Below, one piece after another: positions 49,001-63,399 of a stretch of 64,000 nt of DNA. The stretch is from Lepidodermella squamata (Eukaryota > Animalia > Gastrotricha): assembly GCA_047495785.1 (NCBI GenBank), contig JBLDXI010000055.1:1922001-1986000 (forward strand). Direction: 5' to 3'. Within the stretch, counting starts at the first letter, position 1; each line of letters begins with the position of its first letter. A model generated the notes under the pieces. The model was not told the DNA's origin. It worked only from the letters and a program-made list of their open reading frames with translations, and ran no database searches. A program made the translations under genes and the position numbers.

Positions 49001-52000
49001 GGTGCCCCGGGCGTCGCTGTTTCGCTCATCTGCTGTTGCGGAGTTGTCACTACAACAGCATCGCTGAAAGGACCTGATCCGTTAACGTTGATGGCAGCGA
49101 CGCGGACGTCGTAGGCCGTATTTGGGATGATGTCCTTCAGGTGAACCATCGTCGTGATACCATCGGTTAACGCCAGTCGACCGACCGATTGAGCAGCTGT
49201 TGAGTGAGGCTGGAAAGCTACTTTATAGCCAGTTATAAGGCCGTTTTGCATATGGGCAGGCGGCGGATCCCAGCGTACAGAAATGCTAGTTGGACTGATA
49301 GCCGTGGCTTCGACCCGCTGCGGACTCCCAGATGGAGCTGTATTGAAAGTTTAAAGATTAATTATAGCACAATTCATTGATAATTTATAAGAGTAATACC
49401 GGCGCTTGGTGTCCAAACGGTGACATCGCGTGAAGCCGGGCCAAGAATAAGCTGTGCAGCTTCGCCTGTGCTTTCAGAACCCTGAACGCCAGCGCGTACG
49501 TAAAATGTATAGCCAGTATTTGGCTGTAGTGAACTCAATACGTGCGTGGTTTGGTGCCCTGTGTCCAATACAGTGGATTTATGACTTGGTATAAATCCCA
49601 AGTTATAGGTGTTACTTTACCTGGTATGTCGATGTAGCTGTCTTGAAGTGTGTTGCGACCGTTCGAATTAGCGCCGCCACGATAGTAAAGACGATATCGC
49701 TGAACGTTCTGCAGCGAGCGGGTGGCCTGTCCAGCGCGAAGGGTACCATCCGGTGCAGTTGCAGAGCCCGGCGCCGGCGGTTGCCAAGAAACACTCACCG
49801 TAGTTGGGCTGTTCAGTTCGGCGCGAACAGCACGTGGTTGCTGTAAGTGAGCTGAAGCAAACGTATCATCGTCACTAGCAGTCGACATGGATGATAGCAA
49901 AAGCGGCGGCGATGGCGATGGCATCATTTTTTCCGTGCTAACAACTACCGGATGGCTCATGGCGCCCACTGTCAGGGTAGAGGCACCGCTCGTCTTGAAA
50001 GCCACCGCGACTGTTGCTTCGTAACGCCGACCTGGCGAAAGTCGATCTATAAGAAGCTCTGGATTTGGTGCGAACATGCGGCGCATCCTGTTGGCAGCCT
50101 CAGCTAGGGCTTCGGCTTTGCTAAGCACAGTTGCAGAGCGAAGAAGAACGACATATCCCGAAATGATTGCACCGCTGCTGAGCTGAGGTGGTTCCCATGT
50201 CAGTCGGATCGTCGTGGCAGAGCGTGATGTGGCTCGCACGTTAGTTGGCTGCTTCTCCCGGTCGTTATCGGCGTCGCTTCGAATCATCGTTGCCGCAGGT
50301 GACACGAACGCGCCAGAAGCAGGGCTCTCTACGGCGAGGAATGTAGTTGAGACGAGTAATCCCGCATCATTTACGCCGAAACACTGGTAAATTCCCGAGT
50401 CAGACTCGGCAAGCGCCCAAAGGCTGAGCCGTCTACCGCAAGTTTCGCCGGTTGGGCCGTATTCGAAGAAAAACTCTCGGCTACCAGACGCCTCAACGGG
50501 CAGCTGGTCAGCTGTAAATGCAGCTGGATCAAGATAGTTGCCGTTGTGAAACCAGAAGAATTCTGCTGCATGCTCGACGCCGCAATCCAACTCAATTGAC
50601 GAACCCGTTGCCGCGAACATGGTTCGGCTGACGGCGCCGTTAGAGCAATACTCAGGTTTTGTAACAACTACCAACTGCACGTGCGCATCGATGAATAAAT
50701 CAGAGTCGCCTGAGCTCAGTGACGCGCGACATGTATACAACCCAGAATCTATGACCGTCGGATCGTTTATCTGCAAACTGCCCTGTCCCAACTTTTTATA
50801 GCGCTTCGATTCCACAGAAGACGAGCTGAAAAAAGAAGAATGAACAATTTTTAGTCTGCGAATATGTGTCAATGAAGTTTGGGAAACATTATATAAAAAG
50901 TACCTATGCAAATGTGTGATCATAATAAAAAAAACTCTTTCCTGACCCTAGCCATATTAACTTTCAATAAGTTTCAGTCAGTGCTTGTATCTTAAGCAAC
51001 GGCGAGGAAGATATAACTTCCAGCGGTAGTCATTCGGAGTTTTATTAACCGCCGAACTGCCAAAATAATACAAGTTGGAACGTTAACGCCGAGAGCGCAA
51101 ACAAAACAATAACATGTTTACGTTCGCGTCAGAAGCGCAGCGCATTCGCTAGCAAGCGATAACACGGTGGCGTGTTGATCAGAAGAAAACAACGCATAAG
51201 CTTACCGAGATTCGATTTCGTCGACCAGTGGCAGAGTTGCACCGTTTTTCAGCCACGCTATCGAAACGACAGCGCCTGCAACTTTTGCGCCAACTGCCGC
51301 CGCACCGCAGAAGAGTGTCACATGTGATGAAGGTGCCTTGACTACAGTCAATTTTTCAGCAGATCGTACCAAAAATCGAATTGAAGGTTCTATATCTATT
51401 ACGTAAACACATGTTAAGTGAACTGCATAGGAATGAAATTAATTCTACTCACCATTATTATCGGTTTCTTCTGCTGAAGCTTGACTGATAATAAAACGGC
51501 TAACAAAAGTACCGTCTGCCTTGGTACAAGTGTATTCGCCAAGGTCATCGGTGTTGATGGCAGTGAATTCAAGAAGCCGACCGTTGTCCAGCAAAGCGGT
51601 CGCTCGAAGCGAAGCGGCGCTCTCATCGGGAAACGGCACATCGTCGCGAAACCAATTGAATGGTTCGCTGATGTTGTCGTGGCCAAGCGTCAGAGAAGCG
51701 TTACTCAATGCCGACGACGAAATTGCACCAATGCCGCATGCCAGCACCACGGCATCTCCAAGCCTTACCGGCAGCCGTTGCGGTCTCTGTGCAGCCGTGG
51801 TGGGTGTTGGTGCTGCAGTAGAACCTTGTGGTTTAAGTACATGGGCGACGCGACTAACGATCGTTGCGTTGTAAGTGCGCCCACGGAACTCGACGCTGGT
51901 CGCGGCTCGACAGTTGTAGCCGCGCGCAATAGGCAGAGGGACGTCGGCAATAAGTGATGTTGGCGGCGGTTGCTCGGCAGCAGCGGCCGAAACGTAGAGC

Positions 52001-52290
52001 GATCCATTGGCGAGTGGTATGCGTATTTTATCTGCCACTGGGTCGACCTGACGCCCGTTGAAGAACCAGGCTATCGACGCACCGACGCTAGGTAAGAGCG
52101 CACGGTTGTTGGGTCCGGTGGCTGGAGCTGCCGTGGGTTGCGCCAGCAGGCATGTGAACACGGCTGATCGCCCGTCTACAATCCGCGCGGTGCCTGGCTC
52201 GACGGCAAAGTGCGGTAACGAAACTGCTGCCGAGATTTCATCTGCTAAGATAATTTTTAGCAGGCCGATATGCACTAGCAGCAACCGCAT
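46033..52290 (-). CDS. DCC: DCC/neogenin/frazzled netrin receptor (4 Ig, 6 FN3, TM, P1/P3 motifs)
   Basis: Signal peptide MRLLLVHIGLLKIILA; Ig domains in 52290-50340; six FN3 domains; TM LWLAVSAAIGCLLVATIASVAVFVC; P1-like PPPSNADLW; P3 EMSCLDGLMKDL. Confidence 0.93.
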
Positions 52291-55200
52291 CACCACCGTC
52301 TGTGGAAATAAAAATTCGAAGTAAAGTAAAATTATTAGTTTCCGGTAATACTAGTATCGCGCCTGGAATGATGAAATTCTCAGGACGAGCATGTGTTGAA
52401 GACAGAGAGCTGCTCAAAGGCTGCGCAATCGTTCAAAATCAGGAGGAATACTAAGGGGATATCTCCGAACTGATTGCGCAATGCCGAGCTCGGAATGGTG
52501 GTATATCAGTTAAGTGGCGGCTTTGCGCGATTGGCGTAATATTATAACTTCTCTCGTAGATCTATATCTAAAGAACAAACCTTTTCTACATGCTGATTAG
52601 CCATTTGACGGGTCGTGTCTTTTCGTTAAATTGAGCAGCAGCCGTGGAAGCAAGTGATTCTTCGGAATGTCTGATTTTGCAACATATTTCAGACAATATC
52701 GGAAACCATTAAAACTTTGGCAAAACTTCCTATAACAACAAAACAGCAAGGATTTATGTAAAGGTATTGTATAGAAAAGGAATTGGTAAGTTGTGAATAA
52801 TAAGAAAGGGCGAGTTCGTCAAGCGTGCGAATGGCCTTCATGCATTACAAAGCTATCTGACTAGGTGAGCTTGTCAGAACTTGTCAGACTTCTCGAAGTT
52901 GTCACGCGCGCCTGAATCGGCTTGGCCGAACCTGCACGTTGAATGCCCTTTGCAGAAAGGATGCTGTAGCGCCGTAATTGGTTGCCTACCTCACAAACAA
53001 CTCTGAATAATAATGAAAGTTGAATGACAACACTGTGGAAACTGCTTGTTGGCAGCGAAACAAATTGAATATTCAACAGGCTCTCGTTTTTGACGTGATT
53101 TGAATCAACAAAACGGTTGATATTATTGCTACCTGCGTAAGAGTATAGCCGACGGGCCAGAACGCCGCCGGCAAAGAGAGCTTCTTGGCAGAGCAATAAG
53201 TATAACCATTGATGATTATGATGATGATTGCGATATCGATAAACAAAAAGATTGTGAGGGAGCGGCGTTGAGAAAAGCGATATCACGCACGCATTTGCAT
53301 TTTGCATTTTGTTGTTGTAATTAGAGCGAGAGGGGAACGGAAAATAACCTAAATCACACTTTCTTCGTGGGCGCTGATGATGATCGCAGACGAAAGAAGA
53401 AAGATGGCCAGCTGAGTTTGGGTGTGATGTTGTTATTAGACGAAGTATTACAAGACGTTGTAAATGCTTTGTATGCAAAATATCGATATTGCAACAATTT
53501 GCGCGCCTGCTTTTTCTCGGCCTGTTTATTAGTAGGCAAAGCTGCCGACAGCGCTGCACGGCCTTAATCGGGCGATTGATGATCCAGCGCGCCCTTCATC
53601 TCGGCCGGCTCGGCTACACTGTCGCAAAATAACAGAGCTGATAATCTAAACAAAGAGCGCTTACAGGCTATTAGGATAACACATTCGTCGGCCACAAAAA
53701 ACTTGCCGAAAAAACAGAGCAACCCTTGTTCCGATGAACTGGTGCTTGTGAGTGATTGTGAATAATATGATTTAGCGGATGATGAATAATTGCGAACTAA
53801 ACGAGCATAAATATTACGTTTAAAAAAGATGCACCTGCGCGAATATTACCTCCCGCAATTACCTGCACAAAGAGCAGGGGAGCAAAGATCCTCGGAGGCA
53901 GCAGCATTTGAGGCAAGAAAGCAAATGATGTAAGCTGAGTAATGGCGTGTTTCAGTAAATATTCAATATTATAGGATATATAGTGTACAGTCGAGTGGTT
54001 CATCATCGAAGAGCGCGCGGGCGTGGTGTTTGTTATCATCGGCAAGTACACGCCCTTAACAGCCCGGTCCGATCATTTACGAGTTACGTGGCCAAGGTGT
54101 TATCATCGCGTTATATATATACTATTGACCATCCCAATACGGCGAATTAATATTGTTGCGCGAGCAATAACAGACACTTGAACGTGAATCGAACAAGGCG
54201 AGGCGGGGCGATACGATGAGAACAGAATCTCACAGACCTTGGCATCGGCAAATTATTTACCTAGCTGGTCATTAATAATGATAATAATAAAGACAATAAT
54301 AGCAGTTGAGTGAAGAGAAAGAGAGCGAGAGGGATAGATCGGTTTCCAACGATGATAAATACTCATGAACAACAAACATTATCACTCGATCAATGCGAAA
54401 TAGGTCTGGCGTTTCTTGAAATATCGCGGGGGGAAAGTCGAAGGTTAGGTGTGCGAACCGGAAGGTGTTGCTGTAAAAACAATGATGATAATGATGATAA
54501 CAAAGCCATTGAGAGCATTGTTTGACGATGGGTGCTGATAGCAGGTGGGAAGACACGTTTCGGGTCGTGTCGTGGTCAAATAAACCTGCGCGATATATGC
54601 TCTAAGGTGAGAAGAGCGATCGGAAGTGTACTCCGAGGTACACTCCGAAACGTCGCGGTACTGACGCGAAGCAATCGAATAAAGAATAAAGATAGGTGGG
54701 GTTGGCTTCTTGTTGTTTGCCGAGCTGTGAAACTAAATTATTGCAGAGCGTTGTCGAGTCATGCTGATCGGCGGCGACGAGTCGCGCCTAATGTAATAAA
54801 GCGCCCATGTTGGCGCTTGTGGGCTCACGCGCGTGAAAAGGCGCGGCAAATATATGTAATATACGCTATATTGTTACTTGCCGATGACGACGACGCCAAT
54901 TAGCAAAAATGCAGAAAATTTCAAACACGTCGTCGATATAGGGTTAATAGTAGGTATCAGCATCAGCATCGTATAGCGCAAATTTTTCGATTCGCCAAGC
55001 GATGAAAAAGAGAGTTGCTCTCGAGAATGCAATGAGGGCCACGCGCACGCGGGAAGATCATGATGGCCGGAGTTTGCGAGGTCACCCGACGCGCTGCCTG
55101 TCATCGATAGCGATCCGAGCCTAATTCAGTCAGGCAACCTGCTCGTTCCGATGTATTCAAATTGATACGCGCGAGTGGAACAGTATAGCATCGATTCGCT

Positions 55201-57907
55201 ACTATAAGAATCGCAGCTAAATTGATTACAGAGTTTCGGGACTATAACACTAAAATGTAAATTCAGACTTATTAATTACTAATTAATTATGAAGTTGCTG
55301 TTCTGAAAGGTAAGTTATTCGGTAATAATTTGCAGATGCGAGGAGCAATTACTTGGTGGTGGTGGTGGCGGACTCCATTGCGCAATCATAGCGAGAGTAG
55401 GATTCAAGAAACTTGATCCGCGTTGATAAATTTGCCATTATCATCGTTGAAGAAATCAACGCCGCCGTTGATGAATCGCACAGAGATAGGAACAAAGGAT
55501 CGCCCAATATGTTTACAGGAAAATTACAAACATCTAGTGGCCGTGTTTATTGCATCGAATGGCCGGCACACAACAAAGGCGGCTTTGAATAATAAATCGG
55601 CTGAGATGATGACCATTGATTTTTTGATCACAGTTCACAGCTTGATAACATGCGTGAATAGTGCTAGCAATAGAAGGAAAGACTACGTCGTGGAAAGACG
55701 ATCTTACCGCTTAGGATGTCCAAGGAATCAGAGGCTCTGATGATAAATACAAAACACATAACAGTTGATACTTAATATGAAACGTTTTTTCAGCTCTTAA
55801 GAGTAGGCTAAATACAGAATAGACGCAGAAAGTAACTTTAAATTAAGGCTGTATGCTAATAAGCCGTACCTATAAATCAGTCAACTTAGTATAGACGCGA
55901 ATGAAAGGCTTTTTATAAAAACGGGAATATTGCATCAATATTTGGTTATTGGTTACACGAACAAGCATAGCTACAGGGACATTTATTTCCGCGTTATATA
56001 CCTGTCCAATATTTTCTGACATATATATCATATATAGCGAACGAAAAACGGCGACAACAGCCATAGCGAAAACACAAAACGCGCGTTTGTTAGGAATAGC
56101 CGCGACTTGTTTATTAATGCAATTATTAGTAAGCGAAGCGGTAGCCATTTTGTTGCCCGCTTGCGTTGTAGTAAAATATTCAAGCCTGGAAGGCAAACAA
56201 AAATCAATCGAAAAGGGGTGATGCTCAGCTATAACGTATATAACTGGTGATAAATTGTAGTATGACTTTTTAGTATGTCACTAAGAACAAGTAGACCCAT
56301 AGCACCTGCGATATCAACTGTTGCCTTTTATGAAGATATACCGAAGTATACGCCGGAGACTGAGACACAATAAATGCAGTTCTGGGGTGATTGAAGATTG
56401 ACGTGTACTCTTAATAGAGACGAACTATGATGAATCAAGTTGAGACACCGAGACCGGCGGTCTGGAACTGTCTCAAGAAACCAGACATCCAGACGATGAT
56501 TGCTATAATTGGCCGCGATGATTTGTTGAGACTAGGCGCTATATTTTCAATCAAATAAACGTATTTTGCTTGCGCAACGACACGCCAGATTGCTGACGGC
56601 TTTATTGTACGCTGGTCGACTGGCGGGCAACACGTCCGCTGAGGATAATGCTATTAGTGGCCCGCCTAAAGTGTGGTGATAATCGAATAAGGGTCATCGC
56701 CCGGCTTTAATCGCCCGGTCATCCGGGCGGTTCGCCGAGTTGCGCAACAGCGAAAATGTTGCCGAAGGCGTGTCAAGCCGCGCCGTTCAAGAGCGCAACA
56801 CTAGCAGTCTTAAGAAAAATCTTACAATAATACTTATTAACAATATTAATAAACAAAACTTTATTAGCCATGATTATGGCTGGCAGCGCATGCGCGACCG
56901 GCTGGACCACCGGGTCGTCTTGCACCTGCATAGCGAAAATTATCCAACACAGCAAACGAGCTTCTTTTCACCGTTTTAAGTTTCGCGATGAAAACGCTAC
57001 GGCTTGGTGCTTTGTTATTTGTCGCGTGTTTAATTGGTTTTAACAACTAACTCTAGGTAGCTATGTAATTGAAGCGCCGCACTCGGTGATTGTAAGTGGT
57101 GATTTACAAAAAAGTGAATCACAGTCGCAGAAACAAGCGTCAAGAACTTAAGTTGAGACTTATTAGCAGTGAATAATGCTCAAAATAAAAAACAACTATC
57201 TAAAGAAAATATGTTGAAAATTTCTCAGTTGTTATATATCTACAGGTAAGATTACCTGTCAACAACAAACAAGACTAGGCGATAATCGTGGTGTTTACAC
57301 CGATGGGCGTGCCTCGGTACTTGTCTCGCCCTAAAAAAACACTTGATTGTGCGTGTCCAATGCTGAAATTTTCAACCGATGCACTTGTCGAAAAACACCT
57401 GGAACGAGAGGTGAGAAGGCGCTGGTACAATGCATAATCGTCAATACACGCCAAAATGAAGCGCGATCACGCAATATGAAAATAATCGCAAAATTTACCA
57501 GCTGAGTGTATGATAATATGGTACTCAGGAATCGTTTGGTTCACGCATTTATATTAAAGCACCAGAATGAAAAGAGTATAACAGCGATGGCAATAAGAAT
57601 GAAGAAGGTTTTGATCGAAATATGAAAAGGATTGGGAATTGGGAGGAGTAAAGGAGGAGTATGTGCTGATCCAGCGAGTCGTCCATTCGTGTGCTGTTCC
57701 AGCGGGACCTTCAACCCCGCTAAGAAGCCGGTAGTCATCTTCAGTCAGACAAATGAAGGTTATATAAAATAAAACGGCAATGTCAAATTGTTAATTTTTA
57801 ATTGCACCGAACAAGAAATAAGAACACTAATAAGTGAATTCTTCCAGCTTTCTGAGTCCTGTCATAACTAGAAGACGAATTGCGATCATTCGTATGAAGT
57901 CAGAATA

Positions 57908-58124
57908 CTGTATATCTACTAATTTTCGGTTTGATCTTTGAATTCGGTGTTTTTGCAAAAATACCGAAATTAAAACCACCGAATATTAATTCTAATTAAA
58001 ATAAATCATTTTTTTCCTCAGCGGCCAACGTAAAACCGAATTCAAATCCACCGAAATTTAATGTACAGGGCCAAAATCTCCAAAACCGAAAATTAATGAC
58101 CACCGAAAATTAGTAGATATACAG
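57908..58124. mobile_element. MITE with TA flanks (217 bp)
   Basis: Perfect 23-bp TIR CTGTATATCTACTAATTTTCGGT/ACCGAAAATTAGTAGATATACAG flanked by TA on both sides; ACCGAA motif repeated internally. Confidence 0.9.
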
Positions 58125-61100
58125 TATATATCGAAGTAAGATTATCGATATCATTTGCAAGCCACCGTTGGGAATAGGTACCTATATAATTGCGCAAGCT
58201 GCTATGATGCTAAGCGCAAACAGAGAGTTCTTAGAGGGCTGCCTCGACTCCCCCTGTCAAATACGGCACTTGGTTATATTTTGGGCGTGCGCGCAACATC
58301 AACATTAATAGACTGAAATAATTGCACCGAACGAGCGCGCGCGCGACGTTGTTGAGTGCTTTCGAAGTGTTGCTGCTCCAACGCTCCGCAAACAAACGCG
58401 ATTCTTCGTTCGACGGGTGGGCGGAGGCGCGGTTAATGGATGCGATACCAGCGTCACCAGCAATGGCCCGCAGGTGTTTTGTTGCCGCCGCCATCGTTAT
58501 TATTACTAGTATTGTTATAATATTATTCTGTCAACAAAAACTAATCAGGCGATTTGTCATGCATTTCTCATGATGCGAGGGCGTGTTGGCGCGCCAACGA
58601 TGCGGGAATATAGTGGAAATGTATCGAGGCTTCGCAGATAAGGAGACCACAAAAACAGCGCAAGTGGCAATGGGCTTCCGGTGTTTGCTGTAATTATTTT
58701 GGATATATGGCAGATTTACCATCTGCTTATGGACTCACTCAGGCTTGCGTTCAACGCAAAACGCTCGTTAACTGAAGGCAGGTGAATCGAATAACACGCA
58801 AAGGGTCACGTTCGTCGGCATCTTATCGCGCGTGCGCCGTCCCGCAGCCAGTGGCATTGACTCTTGATACAAGTTAATTCCTCGATGCGTCAAAACGTGC
58901 CCGCCCGCCAAATTTCTTGTTTTCTCGGGCAAGAATTCGTTGGGTAGCATAACATGCGCGCTACCCGAGTCCATAATAGTGCTGGCGATATATCGTTTTC
59001 GCTAATAGCCTTGTATCTGCGAATACACCCTCTCTCACCGATAAGGAAATAATGAAGGAGAGGCGAAGAGAAAAATTGCACGCGTGTGGTTATCAACTGT
59101 TCTTTAAGCGCAGGGTCGTTGAATGTTTTCTTTTTCTAAGAGCAAGATTAAGCGCATCCGAAGATTTTTGATATACAATAGTTGCGGCTGCATATTATGA
59201 GTCATTTATGATCTCGCGGCGATTATCGATGCGTGTGTCGCCCTTGATCGTCAAGTCTATCGAGCATACACCCGCGTGCAAGTTTATGAAAACACTGCCA
59301 AGGTTAACAACACAGCGCACGTTCAACATTCCCCAGTCACTGCTAACCATCACGACCGCATCAGCGGAAAAATAACGTTGCGACTATGAATAATGGTGAG
59401 AAAGGCTCAGTTTAGAATAGGTATCTATCGTACCTCCAATGCAGACGCGGTGAAAAACGATAGTTATTTGGCTCTCGGAGTTTCACAGTGATGATGGAGG
59501 CTAAATGACGGCAATAAGTATCAAGGTATCAGGTATTAAGACGGCAAAACCGTTTTATCACAAATAAATGGGCCTAATTGAATGAAAATAGAAAAGGAGA
59601 GTATACACCAATCTGGCCGCCTCTTATATGTGATCATTTTGTAACAAAGATGCGATGGCTGGAGGTGACGCGATTTTGTATGATAAAATTGTAATCTCGC
59701 AAAATGCTCAATGTCATTTCAATTAGAAAGCGAAACATTTTTGTCAAAAGCGCAGGGAGTGAGCCACTCAACAAAATCAACGCAAAAACGACAAAAACGA
59801 CGCTACGCGCATTTAGAGCCGCCTTAATGCGACAGTAAAGAATGGCTGATGACGACACAAAAATGTAATAGATATAATTTCACGGCCAAAGTAGAGAGAC
59901 CAACAACATGGCGTTGTTGTGTTGTTGTTGATGATGATGATGATGGCGAAAAAGGCTCAGGCAATATGTATCATTTTTAGTGGGTGTGGACTGTATTCAT
60001 AGCTATCGATGGGTGACTGCTGATAGAACGGAGGGTAAACGGCGGAAAGATTAGCAAAACCAGGCAATCACGCCGCCAGAAAAATATGACGGCGCCTATC
60101 ATTGCCGTCAAACGGAGCGGCGGCGACGGCAGCAACAGCAGCGGTCCACATATATTGACTGAAGCGATTACGCCCTGTGTCGATACATCGCTATAAACAT
60201 CGTTAATCCGCAACAACTGTGTGTCCATCTTCTAATTTCACCCTGTGTCCGCCGCAAATAATCGGATATTGGAGGGGTAGGTTATATATTGCCGATCAGA
60301 ATCCTAAGAGTAAACGTGTATATAGCGAGACGTGGCTGGTGGTGTTATCTGCAGTAGCGAATTCTTAGATAAAACAACTATTTTGAAACGTCTAAGGAAT
60401 CGAAATATCGAAACGGGACATAACAGAAAAGGAGAATCGAACCTGTTTTATCGTGTCATTTCGAGGCGCCTTGGCGGAAGCAGGAGCGGCAGTTCGCTTG
60501 GTGCACAACTATTTTCCTCCTCATCCTCTCTGCCGCAAATTGAATATTAAAACGCATCGGCATATGTTCAACTGAGTTGCTGAATAATAAATGCCGATCG
60601 TGTGGGTTGACAGGCCAAGTGGCCGCAGCGGCACATTTCATCTGCTGGCGAACGTTTAGCAGCTAGCCAGTAATTAAATAGCCGCATGTGACACAAGTTC
60701 AATTTGTTGTTCGCCCTTAAACATCTATGTGTGAGCGGTTAACTTCAAAGTGTGTCCGACCTTCATATCCCTATTCATGCTGCCTGCTGCATATGTTAAG
60801 CGTCAAAATACTTCTTACTTCTTATTGATGGCTATTTGTCCGAAAAACCCGCAAGTGGTTATTGGAATGAAATCACACCGTATTTGGTATCGCTTTTGCC
60901 ATTTATCATTTTTCAGCTCGACATGGATGATTCTGATGAGCGATCTTCCTCTTCCTTCTCTCTTTCTTTCTGGTCTTCCTCATCTCTTCTTTTTCGGGAA
61001 TTCCTTGTCGCACACATAACAGTGCGTTTGCGTGTGTTGAAACATTGAAACAGTGAATGAATGAAAAACAAAAACGCAATGCAAGTTAAGCCCGAAGCCT

Positions 61101-61682
61101 TCATCTTTATCCTCTTTCGTTTTCTCTCTACTGGTTGACATAAGCCCAATTTTGCATTTTTAGACAGTGAGCCGATGTTTTGGCGCGTTCGCTGTTCTGC
61201 GTCATAGCTGTTTTGACGCACGATTGGAAACCCAGACTGCATTAGTGGGGGTATCCTCCCTTCACGAAAAAACGTTGAAAACCGTTGCCATCGGAGTTGT
61301 AAGCGGCCAAACCTCCAAGACACGATCGTACGAGTCGCCGGCAAGCTCCCTCTGAGTTATTCCGCGGTGAATTAAAAAAAATCCTTCATTCAAAACGGTT
61401 AGCGACGGTAGGCAGTATCAAGACAAAATATGATTTTTGAAAGTTGTCATTTGCAATCTCAAAAAATAAGTTTGATGGCTTGGTACTGCCCACCCGCTCA
61501 TCGCACAACAATGAGCTATGTTTGACGAAACGGCAATTAAAAAACTCTGGTGGAAATCTATTTGACAAAAGGTATTACTGCAAGCACCTTTCAGTAAGAT
61601 GAATATCGATGCTCAATTTCATTTGGATTGCCGATGTGAATAATCGAATTAGTTCGCCCATGTCCTTATTTTGACGCCTTTT

Positions 61683-62437
61683 CTATGCAGTTGCTTTGCC
61701 GAACTGTGTTAATCCTGCTACGCCGCCTTTGAATAGGTGGACCATGACGCAGGCGAAGGCAAATAGGGTTGGCATTTGAGTGAGAGCGAAGCCCAATGCC
61801 CGAGCTCTAGCATTCAGTCGGTAACCGAAGATGAACGCAAAGCGGCCCACTACGAAAATCAAGGAGAGGAACGGAAGATACCTGTGACAAGGTGAAAATA
61901 AATGTAAGAATTAACGTCAAAAATTATACTATTGAGTACCTAATGATTTCATGCCCCGGAAAATGATAATTATTTTAAAAAAAATACTTTGCAGTCGCCT
62001 CGTTGAGTATCGTGCTGAATGACAGCATGACGAACGCATGTGCGATGAACTGCTCGAAGCTGTTCACAAGAATGCGCTGTTCTAACTCAAGCAAGTGTTC
62101 ATGGCCAGAGGTAGGATCAACGGCTGGCGTCCAGAATCGGATCCTTGACACTGCGATCCCAGCGTAGAAAACCTGATTGGAAGAATAGAAGCGGAAGAAC
62201 GAGATGGAACAGGAAGAAAACCGGAATTAGCGAAAAAGTCAGGCATCGCAGAGCCAAGCCAAGCCTAATTTCTAACTTATCGGCGCCTTGCAAAATAAGG
62301 TCCAAGTTAGCGACATATTGAAGTCCGATAGCCAGAATAGCCGCAGCTACACCGACTTGCATGAATATTGGAAAGCGATAAGCAAAGAAGCCAACGTCGG
62401 GCTCTTTTTTCACGGGGCCAGACCCTTGTTCCGACAT
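61683..62437 (-). CDS. TMEM79: TMEM79 (mattrin)-like MAPEG-fold membrane protein (3 exons)
   Basis: The spliced product contains RIRFWTPAVDPTSGHEH, QRILVNSFEQF and LPFLSLIFVVGRFAFIFGY...RALGFALT.MP. The model requires a 49-nt intron at 62173..62221 and a second intron at about 61882..61988. Confidence 0.8.
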
Positions 62438-62967
62438 TTTCGCAAATATTTTCACGATCTACAGGTATATATTTGGGCATTGATATTGCGTTGAAAGTGG
62501 TGTTGTTCACTTGTTACAAAATATAGCAATTAATTCGAAAATTATTAGGCTCTGGTGTTACTTTTATGTCTGAATTTTGGAATACTTCATTTATTTCGAA
62601 GCTAATACGCAAAAAGGGTAGCTCGATATTAGTGTTCAGAGAAGTGCAAACAAACAACAAACGAATCAACGATTCGGACAAAGTGTAAAAGGTACCGATA
62701 CAGCTTTCATCAAAAACGTTGCTGGTGGGTTGAAAGATGAAAGCAACGGGGTCAATTTCTTATAAAAAATCTGTTTTCCATATACTAATACCTAACTGCT
62801 TTGTGGCTTTTTAGATCTAGGGTTTTTTAAATACGTGATAGCTGCAAATGCGTGCATGGCCTCACAAAAGCCGCCGCTGTAGGCTGCCTAAGTTCCTATT
62901 AAGTTGGATACAAATTACTCGCCCTGTTACCTGATGTTAGACGTTGGCTACAGATTCTCGATATCTA

Positions 62968-63399
62968 CCGTCAACTGGAGTGACTTTGGGTCACTTCGAC
63001 GTACAAATATGGGGTGAGTTTGGCGTACCAAAAATCAAAGATGGTCACGTAAATACCCCGCAAGTGGGGTACCGTTGGATAGCCCAAGGAAAGGCCAGCC
63101 TGGATGTGTACAATGTACATCAATGCAACCCATATAAGGACATATTATGGCAGGTGAAGTTTTGGGAAAGTTTTGAAAAAAAAGTTTTTTTTATTAAAAC
63201 TTTGGTGACTAACCAACTGACGCCGTCTGATCAAACTTGAAATCGTATGCCATTTTCAGACTGCATTTCCTCCAGGCTATCCAACGGCACCCCACTTGCG
63301 GGGTATTTACCTGACCATCTTTGATTTTTGGTACGCCAAAGTCACCCCATTTTGGCACGTCGAAGTGACCCCACTGGGTAAAGTCACCCCAGTTGACGG
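62968..63399. mobile_element. Tc1/mariner(pogo)-type MITE with long TIRs (432 bp)
   Basis: About 115-bp imperfect TIRs starting CCGTCAACTGG(A/G)GTGACTTT, with TA on both sides and no ORF. Confidence 0.9.

Noticed and set aside
53370-53400. CTGATGA...GAAA hammerhead-like core
   Set aside because: Stem II and the flanking stems cannot form.
52400-61600. Many short ORFs (e.g. 52861..53559, 60913..61344)
   Set aside because: No domain-like content or consistent splice pattern; interpreted as DCC upstream/intronic regulatory DNA.
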